NCBI GenBank assembly: GCA_049419625.1
Contig: JBMSKG010000001.1
Span: 1 to 49,663 of the forward strand
Source of the DNA: Paracoccaceae bacterium
GTDB taxonomy: Bacteria; Pseudomonadota; Alphaproteobacteria; Rhodobacterales; Rhodobacteraceae
Direction: 5' to 3'
Length of the DNA stretch: 49,663 nucleotides
Shown here: piece after piece, positions 40,439-49,663 of the stretch
Numbering within the stretch: position 1 is the first letter of the stretch
How the letters are laid out: the number at the start of each line of letters is the position of its first letter
Position numbers and translations under genes: made by a program
The notes under the pieces: generated by a model
Database searches by the model: none
What the model was told of the DNA's origin: nothing
What the model saw: the letters and a program-made list of their open reading frames with translations, nothing else

Positions 40439-40918
40439 ATGACAACGACAAGCCTTGAAGCGCGCAGCCTTGGTGCCACCCTCTCTCCCGGACAGCCCGC
40501 CTTGCGCTTTGCCCTTGCCATTCGCGCCGATCTTGGCCCGGCGCTCGAATTTGATACCTTGCATGGCACCCGGCGGGCCATGTTCCCGATCACCGGCGGC
40601 GCCGTCACCGGCCCCGGCATTTCCGGACATATCCTGCCCGGCGGTGCGGACTTTGCCCTGCGCCTTCCCGACGGTGCCTATGCCATCGAAGCGCGCTATT
40701 GCCTGATGCTGGACGACGGCACACCGCTGATGATCACCAATGCCGGTCGCATGCAGCCGATGCCCGATGACAGCTTTCAAGGCCGCACCCGCGCGGTGAT
40801 CGAAGCCCCGGCAGGCCCGCATGGCTGGCTGTCCGACGCGGTGCTGTTTGGCACCGCCTGGGCAGAACCCGGCGACGAGGCGCGGGTGTTTATCGAGCTT
40901 TGGCAGGCCGTGATCTAA
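40439..40918 (+). CDS. DUF3237 family protein
   Basis: RRAMFPITGG, GHILPGGAD, EARY...DDG, WLSDAVLFG; SD GGAGG before ATG 40439. Confidence 0.82.
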   Translation: MTTTSLEARSLGATLSPGQPALRFALAIRADLGPALEFDTLHGTRRAMFPITGGAVTGPGISGHILPGGADFALRLPDGAYAIEARYCLMLDDGTPLMITNAGRMQPMPDDSFQGRTRAVIEAPAGPHGWLSDAVLFGTAWAEPGDEARVFIELWQAVI

Positions 40919-41005
40919 GCTTTCTGTGTTTATCTTTTGCACAGGCACCTTGACCCATAAGACAGCCGATGCCACTTGATGCCTGACAAAGCCCGGAGGA
41001 TACCC

Positions 41006-42847
41006 ATGCCCGCCTATCGTTCCCGCACGACCACCCATGGCCGCAACAACGCCGGTGCCCGAGGCCTGTGGCGCGCCACCGGCATGAAGGACGGCGATTT
41101 CGGCAAACCGATCATCGCGATCGTCAACTCGTTCACCCAATTCGTGCCGGGTCACGTCCACCTGAAAGACCTTGGTCAGATGGTCGCGCGTGAGGTTGAG
41201 GCGGCAGGCGGTGTGGCCAAGGAATTCTCTACGATTGCCGTCGATGACGGCATCGCCATGGGCCATGACGGGATGCTCTATTCGCTGCCCTCGCGCGAGA
41301 TCATCGCCGACTCGGTGGAGTATATGGTCAACGCCCATTGCGCCGATGCGATGGTCTGTATCTCCAACTGCGACAAGATCACCCCCGGCATGCTGATGGC
41401 CGCCATGCGGCTGAACATCCCTGCGGTCTTTGTTTCGGGCGGCCCGATGGAGGCTGGTAAGGCGGTCATCAAGGGCAAGGAAATCGCGCTCGATCTGGTC
41501 GACGCCATGGTTGTTGCCGCCGATGACAAATACACCGACGAGGAAGTCGACGAGATCGAAAAGGCCGCCTGCCCGACCTGCGGGTCGTGCAGCGGCATGT
41601 TCACCGCCAATTCGATGAACTGCCTGACCGAGGCGCTGGGCCTGTCCCTGCCCGGCAACGGCTCCACCCTCGCCACCCACGGCGACCGCAAGCGTCTGTT
41701 CATCGAGGCAGGTCACCTGATCGTCGACATCACCAAGCGCTATTACGAACAGAACGACGACTCGATCCTGCCGCGCAACGTCGCCAACAAGAAGGCGTTT
41801 GAAAACGCCATGGCGCTGGATATCGCGATGGGCGGGTCCACCAACACCGTGCTGCACGTTTTGGCCGCCGCGCATGAAGGCGGGATTGACTTCACGATGG
41901 ACGACATCGACGCCATGTCGCGCCGCGTGCCCTGCCTGTCGAAGGTCGCCCCGGCCAAGCAGGATGTGCACATGGAAGACGTCCACCGCGCCGGTGGCAT
42001 CATGGCGATCTTGGGTCAGCTGGACAACGCGGGCCTTCTGAACGGCGATTGCGTCACCGTCCACTCGCCCAGCATGAGTGCAGCCCTCGATCAGTGGGAC
42101 ATCAGCCGCACCACCCACGAAAACGTGCGTCAGTTCTTCAAGGCCGCGCCGGGCAATGTGCGCTCGGCCACTGCCTTCAGCCAGAACAAGCGGCACGCCG
42201 AACTGGACCTTGACCGCGAAAAGGGCGTCATCCGGTCCGCCAAACACGCGTTTTCCCAAGATGGCGGCCTGGCCGTTCTGAAGGGCAACATCGCCCCCGA
42301 CGGCTGCATCGTGAAAACCGCTGGCGTCGATGAATCGATCCTGAAATTCTCGGGCCCCGCGCGGGTGTTCGAAAGCCAGAACGCCTCGGTCGAGGCGATC
42401 TTGTCGAACAAGATCAAAGAGGGTGACGTTGTCGTCATCCGCTATGAAGGGCCAAAGGGTGGGCCGGGCATGCAGGAAATGCTCTATCCCACCAGCTATC
42501 TGAAATCCAAAGGTCTGGGCAAAGCCTGCGCCTTGTTGACCGACGGGCGCTTCTCGGGTGGCACTTCGGGCCTGTCCATCGGCCACGTCTCGCCCGAGGC
42601 GGCCTCCGGCGGCACCATCGGTTTGGTCCGCGAAGGCGACATGATCGACATCGACATTCCGAACCGCACCATCAGCCTGCGCGTACCTGAGGCAGAGCTT
42701 GCCCAGCGCCGCGCCGAACAGGACAAGAAAGGCTGGAAGCCGGAAAAAGCCCGTCCGCGCAAAGTCAGCCAGGCGCTGAAAGCCTATGCGCTGTTTGCCA
42801 CTTCGGCTGATAAAGGCGCGGCGCGCAAACTGCCCGACGGGGTCTGA
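41006..42847 (+). CDS. ilvD: Dihydroxy-acid dehydratase
   Basis: [62 protein letters not shown]. Confidence 0.99.
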   Translation: MPAYRSRTTTHGRNNAGARGLWRATGMKDGDFGKPIIAIVNSFTQFVPGHVHLKDLGQMVAREVEAAGGVAKEFSTIAVDDGIAMGHDGMLYSLPSREIIADSVEYMVNAHCADAMVCISNCDKITPGMLMAAMRLNIPAVFVSGGPMEAGKAVIKGKEIALDLVDAMVVAADDKYTDEEVDEIEKAACPTCGSCSGMFTANSMNCLTEALGLSLPGNGSTLATHGDRKRLFIEAGHLIVDITKRYYEQNDDSILPRNVANKKAFENAMALDIAMGGSTNTVLHVLAAAHEGGIDFTMDDIDAMSRRVPCLSKVAPAKQDVHMEDVHRAGGIMAILGQLDNAGLLNGDCVTVHSPSMSAALDQWDISRTTHENVRQFFKAAPGNVRSATAFSQNKRHAELDLDREKGVIRSAKHAFSQDGGLAVLKGNIAPDGCIVKTAGVDESILKFSGPARVFESQNASVEAILSNKIKEGDVVVIRYEGPKGGPGMQEMLYPTSYLKSKGLGKACALLTDGRFSGGTSGLSIGHVSPEAASGGTIGLVREGDMIDIDIPNRTISLRVPEAELAQRRAEQDKKGWKPEKARPRKVSQALKAYALFATSADKGAARKLPDGV

Positions 42848-42863
42848 TCTTCCGCCATTGACC

Positions 42864-42895
42864 AAAAGGCCCGGCCTCTGCGCCGGGCCTTTTTT
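42864..42895 (+). terminator. Intrinsic terminator of ilvD
   Basis: AAAAGGCCCGGC-CTCTGC-GCCGGGCCTTTTTT. Confidence 0.88.
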
Positions 42896-42975
42896 CTTGC
42901 CAACCAGAAGGTGGGGCCCGGTCCCCAAACCACCCGTTCTCCAACCTCGTGGCTGTAGGCCCCTTTAGAATGTTC

Positions 42976-42987
42976 CGTGTCGACACG
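42976..42987. promoter_or_regulatory. Putative GntR/FadR-type operator
   Basis: Perfect palindrome CGTGTCGACACG 44 nt upstream of the GntR start; TGT-NN-ACA core fits FadR-subfamily sites. Confidence 0.45.
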
Positions 42988-43031
42988 TGGCATCTGACTG
43001 GTTAGGGATAGGACGGGTACGGGGGGGCAGG

Positions 43032-43751
43032 ATGGACGGCGATAGCGAGACAAAACGCGTCAAAGGCACAGGCGCACGCTTTGCCTATGAAACCCTGCGC
43101 GATGAGATTTTGTCGGTGGCACTCGCACCGGGCCAGCTTTTGGACGAAACCACCTTGGCCGAGCGGCTTGGCATGTCGCGCTCTCCGGTGCGTGAGGCGC
43201 TCATTCGTCTGGCCGGGCAGGGGTTGGTGGTGACGCTGGCCAATCGCTCCACCATCGTCGCCCCGATCGATGTCCAAAGCTTCCCGAAATATGTCGAGGC
43301 GCTGGACATCGCGCAGCGGATGAACACCCGCCTTGCTGCCGAATTACGCACCGATGATGACCTGATCCGCATCGCCCGCGCGCAAGAGGTGTTTGAAGCG
43401 GCGGTCAAGGGCGGCAACCACCTGGCGATGTCCGAAGCCAACAAGCAGTTCCACATGGCCATCGCTACGGCGGGTCGCAATCCCTATCTCTCTGGCTTCT
43501 ATGAGCGCCTGCTGGATCAGGGTCGCCGCATGTTGCACTTGCACTTCGACTACCTCGAACGCACCCATGACGGCATACTCTTGACCGATGAGCACACCGA
43601 AATGCTCGAGGCAATCCGCGCCCGCGATGTCGAACGCGCAGATGCGCTGGCCCATTCCCACTCGCGCCAGTTCCGCGACAACTTCCTGCGCTTCATGCAG
43701 GAGAACTACGCTTCCACCATCTCACTTGCCGCGCCGGTCAGGCCCCACTAA
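43032..43751 (+). CDS. GntR family (FadR/FCD) transcriptional regulator
   Basis: LAERLGMSRSPVREALIRL HTH; FCD residues NKQFH, EH, H; start trimmed to ATG 43032. Confidence 0.93.
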   Translation: MDGDSETKRVKGTGARFAYETLRDEILSVALAPGQLLDETTLAERLGMSRSPVREALIRLAGQGLVVTLANRSTIVAPIDVQSFPKYVEALDIAQRMNTRLAAELRTDDDLIRIARAQEVFEAAVKGGNHLAMSEANKQFHMAIATAGRNPYLSGFYERLLDQGRRMLHLHFDYLERTHDGILLTDEHTEMLEAIRARDVERADALAHSHSRQFRDNFLRFMQENYASTISLAAPVRPH

Positions 43752-43910
43752 GCCCGCCGCAGGGTTTTGCACCCATTGAAATCTGCTCGCCCCCAATCGG
43801 CGGCCCTTGCCCGACGTCTGAACATGGATGACAAGGGGGCATGACCAAAGCATTTTATTGAACGCGCGCCAGAAGCCAAAGGTGCAGAATATTAAGGAAA
43901 GCTCGCGCTG

Positions 43911-44522
43911 ATGCCCCTGTGGAAGCGTATTTTCGATATCGTCGGTGTGCTGGTCCTAGTGGTTCCTTTACTGCCGGTTATGGCGGTCACAGCTCTTGTC
44001 ATTCTGCTGCGTGATGGCCGCCCTGTTCTCTTCATCTCTGAACGCATGAAAACAGCCGAACAGGGGTTTGCACTGGTCAAGTTTCGCACCATGCAGCCAG
44101 CCGCGGCCGACGGTCGCGCCTCGGGCGGCGACAAGACGTCCCTTATCACCCACACGGGGGCGTTCCTACGCCGCACCCGGCTGGATGAACTGCCGCAGCT
44201 TTGGAACATCCTGAGGGGCGACATGTCTTTCGTTGGCCCGCGCCCGCCGCTTCGGCGCTATGTGGTCGATTATCCGGGCCTTTATCGCCGCGTCCTGCGG
44301 GCGCGCCCCGGTGTGACGGGACTTGCCACGCTGATCTATCACCGCCACGAAGAACGGCTCTTGCGCGGCTGCACCACGGCGGCCCAGACCGATGCCGTCT
44401 ATCGCCGCGCCTGTATTCCACGCAAGGCAAGGCTGGATCTGATCTACCTTGACCGGCGAAGCCTGTCCTTAGACCTTTGGATCATCTTCCGAACCCTCGT
44501 TCGCCGCAAACGCCGCGAATGA
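43911..44522 (+). CDS. Bacterial sugar transferase (priming phosphoglycosyl transferase family)
   Basis: KRIFD, KFRTM, RLDELPQLWNILRGDMSFVGPRP, PGVTGLA. Confidence 0.92.
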   Translation: MPLWKRIFDIVGVLVLVVPLLPVMAVTALVILLRDGRPVLFISERMKTAEQGFALVKFRTMQPAAADGRASGGDKTSLITHTGAFLRRTRLDELPQLWNILRGDMSFVGPRPPLRRYVVDYPGLYRRVLRARPGVTGLATLIYHRHEERLLRGCTTAAQTDAVYRRACIPRKARLDLIYLDRRSLSLDLWIIFRTLVRRKRRE

Positions 44523-44606
44523 TCCCCATCGCCTGCGGCGTTGCAGCCCTTTTCATTTCCGTCGCCGGGGTCTTTATTGGACCAAGGTCGTTTTAGGAGA
44601 CCTTGC

Positions 44607-45584
44607 ATGCTGTCTGCCATTTCTTCCCGTCGTCGATTTGTCGATCTCTCCGAACAGGAAATCCTCGCTCTGGCCATTTCCTCTGAAGAGGATGATGCCA
44701 GCATCTATCGCACCTATGCCGAACGGCTGCGTGCAGAATACCCGGCCACTGCCGCCGTCTTTGACGGCATGGCTGCCGAGGAAGATGATCACCGCCGCCA
44801 GCTGATCGCGCTGCATCAGACGCGGTTCGGTCAGGTCATCCCCCTGATCCGGCGCGAACATGTCGCGGGGTTTTATGCGCGCAAACCCGTCTGGCTGAAT
44901 GAAACGCTCGGCCTTGAGGCCATGCGCGCCGAGGCCCGCGCAATGGAGGAGCAGGCTGCCAGCTTTTACACCCGCGCGGCAGGCCACACCTCGGACGCGG
45001 CCACGCGCAAGCTGCTCGGTGATCTGGCGGCCGCTGAATCCGGCCATGCCGACCACGCCCGGGATCTGGCCGACGCCCACCTGTCGGGCAGCGAAAAGGA
45101 CACCGAGGACGCCGGCGCGCGGCGGCAGTTCATCCTGACATGGGTGCAGCCGGGCCTCGCCGGGCTGATGGATGGTTCTGTTTCCACACTTGCACCCATC
45201 TTCGCCACCGCCTTTGCCACCCAAGACACCTGGACGACCTTTCTGGTCGGCACCGCTGCCTCTGTCGGCGCGGGCATTTCGATGGGCTTCACCGAAGCCG
45301 CGCATGACGATGGCGTTTTGTCCGGCCGGGGCAGCCCGTGGAAACGCGGCCTCGCCTCGGGCGTGATGACCACGATCGGCGGCATGGGCCACGCGCTGCC
45401 CTATCTCATTCCCGATTTCTGGACCGCGACCATCATCGCCATGATCGTGGTGTTCGTCGAGCTTTGGGCCATCGCCTGGATTCAGAACAAGTTCATGGAA
45501 ACCCCCTTTGTCCGCGCCGCCTTGCAAGTGGTCTTGGGCGGTGCTTTGGTCTTTGCCGCTGGGGCGTTGATCGGAGGGGGCTGA
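44607..45584 (+). CDS. mbfA: Iron exporter MbfA (rubrerythrin-VIT1 fusion)
   Basis: LALAISSEEDD, EEDDH, LAAAESGH ferritin-like domain; QPGLAGLMDGSVSTLAP and ISMGFTEA VIT1 domain; SD AGGAG before ATG 44607. Confidence 0.93.
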   Translation: MLSAISSRRRFVDLSEQEILALAISSEEDDASIYRTYAERLRAEYPATAAVFDGMAAEEDDHRRQLIALHQTRFGQVIPLIRREHVAGFYARKPVWLNETLGLEAMRAEARAMEEQAASFYTRAAGHTSDAATRKLLGDLAAAESGHADHARDLADAHLSGSEKDTEDAGARRQFILTWVQPGLAGLMDGSVSTLAPIFATAFATQDTWTTFLVGTAASVGAGISMGFTEAAHDDGVLSGRGSPWKRGLASGVMTTIGGMGHALPYLIPDFWTATIIAMIVVFVELWAIAWIQNKFMETPFVRAALQVVLGGALVFAAGALIGGG

Positions 45585-46276
45585 TGTATCGCAAAGGAGA
45601 GGTCCATTATCAGGCTTTGGCCCTGCCCGACCGGGTGCAAAAGCCCGACGATCAGGCGTTGGCCGATGTGCTGGCCTTCCGCGATTACATGAAAAAGCGC
45701 CACTCCGTGCGGCAGTATTCCACCCGCCCCGTGCCGGCAGAGATCATCACCGCCTGTATCGAAGCTGCTTGTACCGCACCGTCTGGCGCCAATCATCAGC
45801 CGTGGCATTTCGTGGCGATTTCCAACCCGGCGATGAAGGCCCAAATCCGCGAAGCCGCCGAGGAAGAAGAGCGCGCCTTTTATGCTGGCGGTGCGGGCGA
45901 TGAATGGCTGGCCGCGCTGGAGCCCATCGGCACCGGCGTCGACAAACCCCACCTAACCGAAGCGCCCTGGCTGATTGTGATCTTTGCCCAACGCTTTGGG
46001 CTCACCGAGGACGGCACGCGCTATAAGAACTATTACGTCCCAGAAAGCGTGGGCATTGCGACAGGCATGCTCATCACCGCGCTGCATCAGGCGGGGCTTT
46101 GCTGTCTGGAACATACCCCCAACCCGATGAAATTCCTTCCTGCGCTGTGCGGTCGGCCAGAACAGGAAAAGGCGGTCATGATCCTGCCCGTCGGCTGGCC
46201 CGCTGACGACGCCACCGTGCCCGCCGTGGCCAAGCGCAAAAAGCCGCGCGATCAGGTCCTGTCGGTGTTCGAATAG
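45584..46276 (+). CDS. Nitroreductase-fold flavoprotein, iodotyrosine deiodinase-like
   Basis: KRHSVR, APSGANHQPW, IREAAEEEERAFY, WLAALEPIGT...KP.L..APWLIVIF, YYVPESVGIA, HTPNPM; TGATG overlap with mbfA. Confidence 0.85.
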   Translation: MYRKGEVHYQALALPDRVQKPDDQALADVLAFRDYMKKRHSVRQYSTRPVPAEIITACIEAACTAPSGANHQPWHFVAISNPAMKAQIREAAEEEERAFYAGGAGDEWLAALEPIGTGVDKPHLTEAPWLIVIFAQRFGLTEDGTRYKNYYVPESVGIATGMLITALHQAGLCCLEHTPNPMKFLPALCGRPEQEKAVMILPVGWPADDATVPAVAKRKKPRDQVLSVFE

Positions 46277-46279
46277 GCT

Positions 46280-46738
46280 CTAATCGGCCTTTTGGGCCTT
46301 CGCGGCCCTGACCTCACGTTCCAACACATCCAGAAACCGCGACCGATCCGCCTTGGAAAACGGCCGCCCGCCGCCTTGGCGGAACGGATCGGCGCTGCGC
46401 AGGTCTTGCATCAAATCGCGCGTCGCCAGCGCCATGCCAATGTTGGTGCCGTGCAGCACCTCGCCATTGTGCTTGACCACCCGCGCGCCCTTTTCCACGC
46501 ATTTCGCGGCCAAGGGGATGTCGCCCGTCACCACCACATCGCCGGGCACGCAGGCCTCGGCAATGTGCTTGTCGGCCTCATCCGGCCCCGCAGTCACATA
46601 AACGCTTTCCACCAGCGGGTTTTGGCTGGGCCTAATGCCGCCATTTGACACCAGCACCATCCGCACCTGATGGCGCGTCGCCACCCGCTCGGCCTCGTCC
46701 TTGACCGGGCAGGCGTCGGCATCGATCCAGATCACCAC
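46280..46738 (-). CDS. YaiI/YqxD (UPF0178) family protein
   Basis: [30 protein letters not shown]. Confidence 0.93.
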   Translation of the reverse strand: MVIWIDADACPVKDEAERVATRHQVRMVLVSNGGIRPSQNPLVESVYVTAGPDEADKHIAEACVPGDVVVTGDIPLAAKCVEKGARVVKHNGEVLHGTNIGMALATRDLMQDLRSADPFRQGGGRPFSKADRSRFLDVLEREVRAAKAQKAD

Positions 46739-46747
46739 GCGCGCGCC

Positions 46748-47578
46748 TCAGGCATGCAGCGCCGCCCCGTGAAAGGCCATGTGCTCTTCCATAAAGGTCG
46801 AGACGAAGAAATAGCTGTGGTCATAGCCCTTTTGCATGCGGAACGTGCCGCCCTGCCGCCGCTCGGCCATGGCCGCTGCCAAAGCCTCGGGGCGCAACAG
46901 GTCAATGAACTGGTCCGCCGTGCCCTGATCAATCAGCATCGGCCCGTCAAAGCCGCGCTTTTTCATGAGCAGCGTCGCATCATGCGCCGCCCAAGCGGCC
47001 TCATCCGCCCCCAGATAGGCCGTAAACTGCTTACGGCCCCAGTCGCTGGCGGTCGGATGGCAGATCGGCGCAAAGGCCGAGACTGACCGGAACCGCCCCG
47101 GAAAGCTCATCGCAATGGTCAGCGCGCCATGACCGCCCATCGAATGGCCGGTGATGGCTTGGGCCTCTTCGGCCAAAGGAAAGGCGTTGAACAACAGGCG
47201 CGGCAGCTCATCGGTCACATAATCCCACATGCGGAAATGCGGCTTCCACGGCGCCTCGGTGGCATTCACGTAAAAGCCCGCACCTTGGCCCAGATCATAG
47301 GCGGCGTCATTGGCCACCCCCTCGCCGCGCGGGCTGGTGTCGGGAAACACCACCGCCACGCCCATCTCGGCCGCCCAGCGCTGCGCGCCAGCCTTCACCA
47401 TGGCGTTTTCATGCGTGCAGGTCAGGCCCGACAGATACCAGATCACCGGAACCTCATTGGTCTCGGCCTCTTCGGGCAGGAACAGCCCAAAGGTCATGTC
47501 ACAGCCCGTTACCTGCGAGGCATGGGTGTACACCCCCTGCACGCCGCCAAAACACCGGTTTTCCGAAACGGTTTTCAT
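46748..47578 (-). CDS. fghA: S-formylglutathione hydrolase
   Basis: YLSGLTC, PDTSPRG, GAGFY, GHSMGG, DQG..DQF, YDHSY. Confidence 0.95.
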   Translation of the reverse strand: MKTVSENRCFGGVQGVYTHASQVTGCDMTFGLFLPEEAETNEVPVIWYLSGLTCTHENAMVKAGAQRWAAEMGVAVVFPDTSPRGEGVANDAAYDLGQGAGFYVNATEAPWKPHFRMWDYVTDELPRLLFNAFPLAEEAQAITGHSMGGHGALTIAMSFPGRFRSVSAFAPICHPTASDWGRKQFTAYLGADEAAWAAHDATLLMKKRGFDGPMLIDQGTADQFIDLLRPEALAAAMAERRQGGTFRMQKGYDHSYFFVSTFMEEHMAFHGAALHA

Positions 47579-48516
47579 ATCTTCCCCACCAATGGCCCCA
47601 CCAGGGCAATGACCGCCGACACCGTCAATACCGAGATGGCGGTTGAAACTAGGATTGCAGTCGAAACCCGCTGCGGCGCAACCCCGTAGTGTTGCGCCAG
47701 AATAAAGACGTTGCCTGCCACCGGCAGGGCTGCCGCGGCAATCATGACCCCCGCCGCATAGGGCTCGACGTCAAAGAGCCACAGCGCAGCCACGGCCACG
47801 GCGGCCGGATGCAGCACCAGCTTCGAAAATGACAGCCAGACCGCCACGCCCACCCGGTCTGGGTTCTTGCCCGCCAAAGACGCGCCAATCGCAAACAGCG
47901 CGCAAGGCGTCGCCGCCGCCCCCAGCGTGGTCATGAATTCGTTCACGGGAACCGGCAAGGCCCAGCCTGTTGCCCCCCAAGCCAGACCCAGAACCACCGA
48001 AACGATCATCGGGTTCCGGAGCAGCCCCATGACCAGCCCGCCCAGCATCGCCATCCCCACCGTACCGCCGCGCAGCCCCGTGATAATCAGCGTCAGCACC
48101 GTGGAAAACACCACCAGATCCACCGCCAGCACCATCAAGACCGGCCCCACCGCCTGCGGCCCCAGCAACAGCGCCAGCATCGGAATTCCCAAGAACCCCA
48201 CATTGCCAATGACCCCGGTATGGGCCTCAAACACCGCCTCTTCGCGGCCCGCCCCGCGCAACAAGGCCACCGCCCCCACCAGCGCCCAGATCAGGACCGA
48301 GGCCAAAAGATAGGCCCAGATGAATCCCCATGAAAAGACTTCAGACAGGTCCAGATTGGCGGCAAAGCCGAACAGCATCGCCGACAGGGCAAAGTAAAAG
48401 ACAAACTTGGTCAGATAGCCCGTCGCCTCGGCACTGAAAAACCGCATCCGCCCCGCAGCATAGCCAAGGGCGATAATCGCAAAGAACGGCAGGGTTTTCA
48501 GAAAGATCGCAAGCAT
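47575..48516 (-). CDS. AEC family (auxin efflux carrier-like) transporter
   Basis: Multi-pass membrane protein with FVFYFAL, GNVGFLGIP, NPMI, P.ALFAIG, KLVLHP, PVAGN; overlaps the fghA start. Confidence 0.9.
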   Translation of the reverse strand: MLAIFLKTLPFFAIIALGYAAGRMRFFSAEATGYLTKFVFYFALSAMLFGFAANLDLSEVFSWGFIWAYLLASVLIWALVGAVALLRGAGREEAVFEAHTGVIGNVGFLGIPMLALLLGPQAVGPVLMVLAVDLVVFSTVLTLIITGLRGGTVGMAMLGGLVMGLLRNPMIVSVVLGLAWGATGWALPVPVNEFMTTLGAAATPCALFAIGASLAGKNPDRVGVAVWLSFSKLVLHPAAVAVAALWLFDVEPYAAGVMIAAAALPVAGNVFILAQHYGVAPQRVSTAILVSTAISVLTVSAVIALVGPLVGKI

Positions 48517-48706
48517 AGGCCTTTGGTGTCATGCGACGCCGGTAAGGGCAAGCCCACAGCGACAGGGCCGCCCGCCCATGCGCGCCTTGCTTCGGTTTTT
48601 CCTAATCCAAGAATTCAAATCTATGACTTTCCCTTTGGTCACGAGTGTTGGACTGTGCCTCAAAGGCAGGGGCACAGCGTGCCGCCCGGCGCAGGGGGAT
48701 GCGGTT

Positions 48707-49663
48707 ATGGCAACGGAAAAGACGGATACGCTGGTCGTCGGCGCGGGCCAAGCCGGTGTTGCGATGAGCGAGCATCTTGGCGCGCAGGGCATCCCGCATC
48801 TGGTGCTTGAGCGCAGCCGCATCGCCGAACGCTGGCGGTCCGAGCGCTGGGATTCGCTGGTGGCCAATGGCCCGGCTTGGCACGACCGCTTTCCGGGGAT
48901 GGAATTCGAAGACTTTGGCCCTGATGAGTTTGTGCCCAAAGAAAAGGTGGCTGACTATTTCGAGGCCTACGCCCGCAAAATCAACGCCCCCATCCGCTGC
49001 GGCGTCAACGTGACATCGGTCACCCGCCAAAGCGGGAAACCGGGCTTTCTGGTGGAAACCTCGGCGGGCCAGATCGAGGCGATGCGCGTCGTGGTCGCCA
49101 CCGGCCCCTTCCAGCACCCCCAGATCCCGGCCATAGCGCCGAAGGATGACCGCCTGTTCCAGATCCATTCCGCCAGCTATCGCAATCCCGCCCAATTGCC
49201 CGACGGCGCGGTGATGGTGGTCGGCTCTGGCTCCTCAGGCACGCAGATTGCTGATGAGTTGAACCGCGCGGGCCGCAAGGTCTATCTCTCGGTCTGCCCG
49301 CACGGTCGACCCCCGCGCGCCTATCGCGGGCGTGATTTCACGTGGTGGCTGGGGGTCTTGGGCCTGTGGGATCTGGAAACCATGGTGCCGGGACAAGAGC
49401 ATATCACCATCGCCGTCAGCGGCGCCTATGGGGGTCGCAACATCGACTTTCGCGCGCTGGCCCATGCCGGGATCACCCTTGTCGGCATGACCCAAGGCTT
49501 TGACGGCGGTAAGGTAACCTTTCAGCCAGATCTGGCCGAAAACATTCAGCGCGGCGATGAAAACCTGATGGGCCTTCTCGACGCCGCCGATGCTTGGGCC
49601 GCGCGCAACGGCGTTGACCTGCCCCCCGACCCTCAGGCGCGGCACATCCCTGCCGACCCCGAT
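48707..49663 (+). CDS. Flavin-containing monooxygenase family protein, truncated by the window end
   Basis: Hand translation from ATG 48707: MATEKTDTLVVGAGQAG...ERWRSERWDSL...VVATG...QIHSASYRNP...VVGSGSSGTQI; open to the window end, so absent from the ORF track. Confidence 0.88.
   Translation, partial: MATEKTDTLVVGAGQAGVAMSEHLGAQGIPHLVLERSRIAERWRSERWDSLVANGPAWHDRFPGMEFEDFGPDEFVPKEKVADYFEAYARKINAPIRCGVNVTSVTRQSGKPGFLVETSAGQIEAMRVVVATGPFQHPQIPAIAPKDDRLFQIHSASYRNPAQLPDGAVMVVGSGSSGTQIADELNRAGRKVYLSVCPHGRPPRAYRGRDFTWWLGVLGLWDLETMVPGQEHITIAVSGAYGGRNIDFRALAHAGITLVGMTQGFDGGKVTFQPDLAENIQRGDENLMGLLDAADAWAARNGVDLPPDPQARHIPADPD

Noticed and set aside
39131-42928. 1265-aa minus-strand ORF as a giant fusion protein
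   Set aside because: Only 39131-40375 has protein motifs; the rest is the antisense shadow of DUF3237 and ilvD, typical of high-GC DNA.
46748-47578. fghA as the formaldehyde sink for the P450 cluster
   Set aside because: About 10 kb away, in its own AEC-fghA-yaiI unit; no sequence evidence of a link.
1-49663. CRISPR arrays, tRNA/rRNA genes, riboswitches, CIRCE, IS elements
   Set aside because: None recognised by eye and intergenic gaps are short; an Rfam or tRNAscan search was not possible, so small RNAs are not excluded.

Overview
Chromosomal origin region of a high-GC alphaproteobacterium; gene order and protein sequences point to Rhodobacteraceae (inference). The left half is core housekeeping: hslVU, DUF900 lipoprotein, smr-mltA-Tim44/TimA, fxsA-secB, dnaQ-coaE-aroE-maf, a predicted oriC (9349-9736: DnaA boxes, IHF site, AT-rich tract, DnaA-trio-like run), hemJ-rho-mnmE-mnmG-rsmG-parA-parB with two perfect parS sites, hemW-rdgB-rph, hrcA-grpE, mutS and maeB. 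The right half is metabolic: secreted msrA, a class IV aminotransferase coupled to a sulfotransferase-like gene, argG, ilvA, a DmpA peptidase, a divergent glutamine amidotransferase / P450 - glutamine synthetase-like - ferredoxin cluster, DMT, HAD, ornithine cyclodeaminase family, a flavin monooxygenase/DUF3237 pair, ilvD, GntR, a sugar transferase, mbfA plus an iodotyrosine-deiodinase-like gene, yaiI-fghA-AEC, and a flavin monooxygenase cut by the window end. No rRNA, tRNA, CRISPR array or transposase was recognised. Best leads: (1) a candidate gamma-glutamylate/P450-oxidise/deglutamylate amine pathway with a tandem operator; (2) a G/C strand-skew switch of inverted polarity that falls between the parS sites rather than at oriC; (3) a 30/31-bp direct repeat extending beyond the two parS cores. 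All family calls are by motif recognition; no searches were run.
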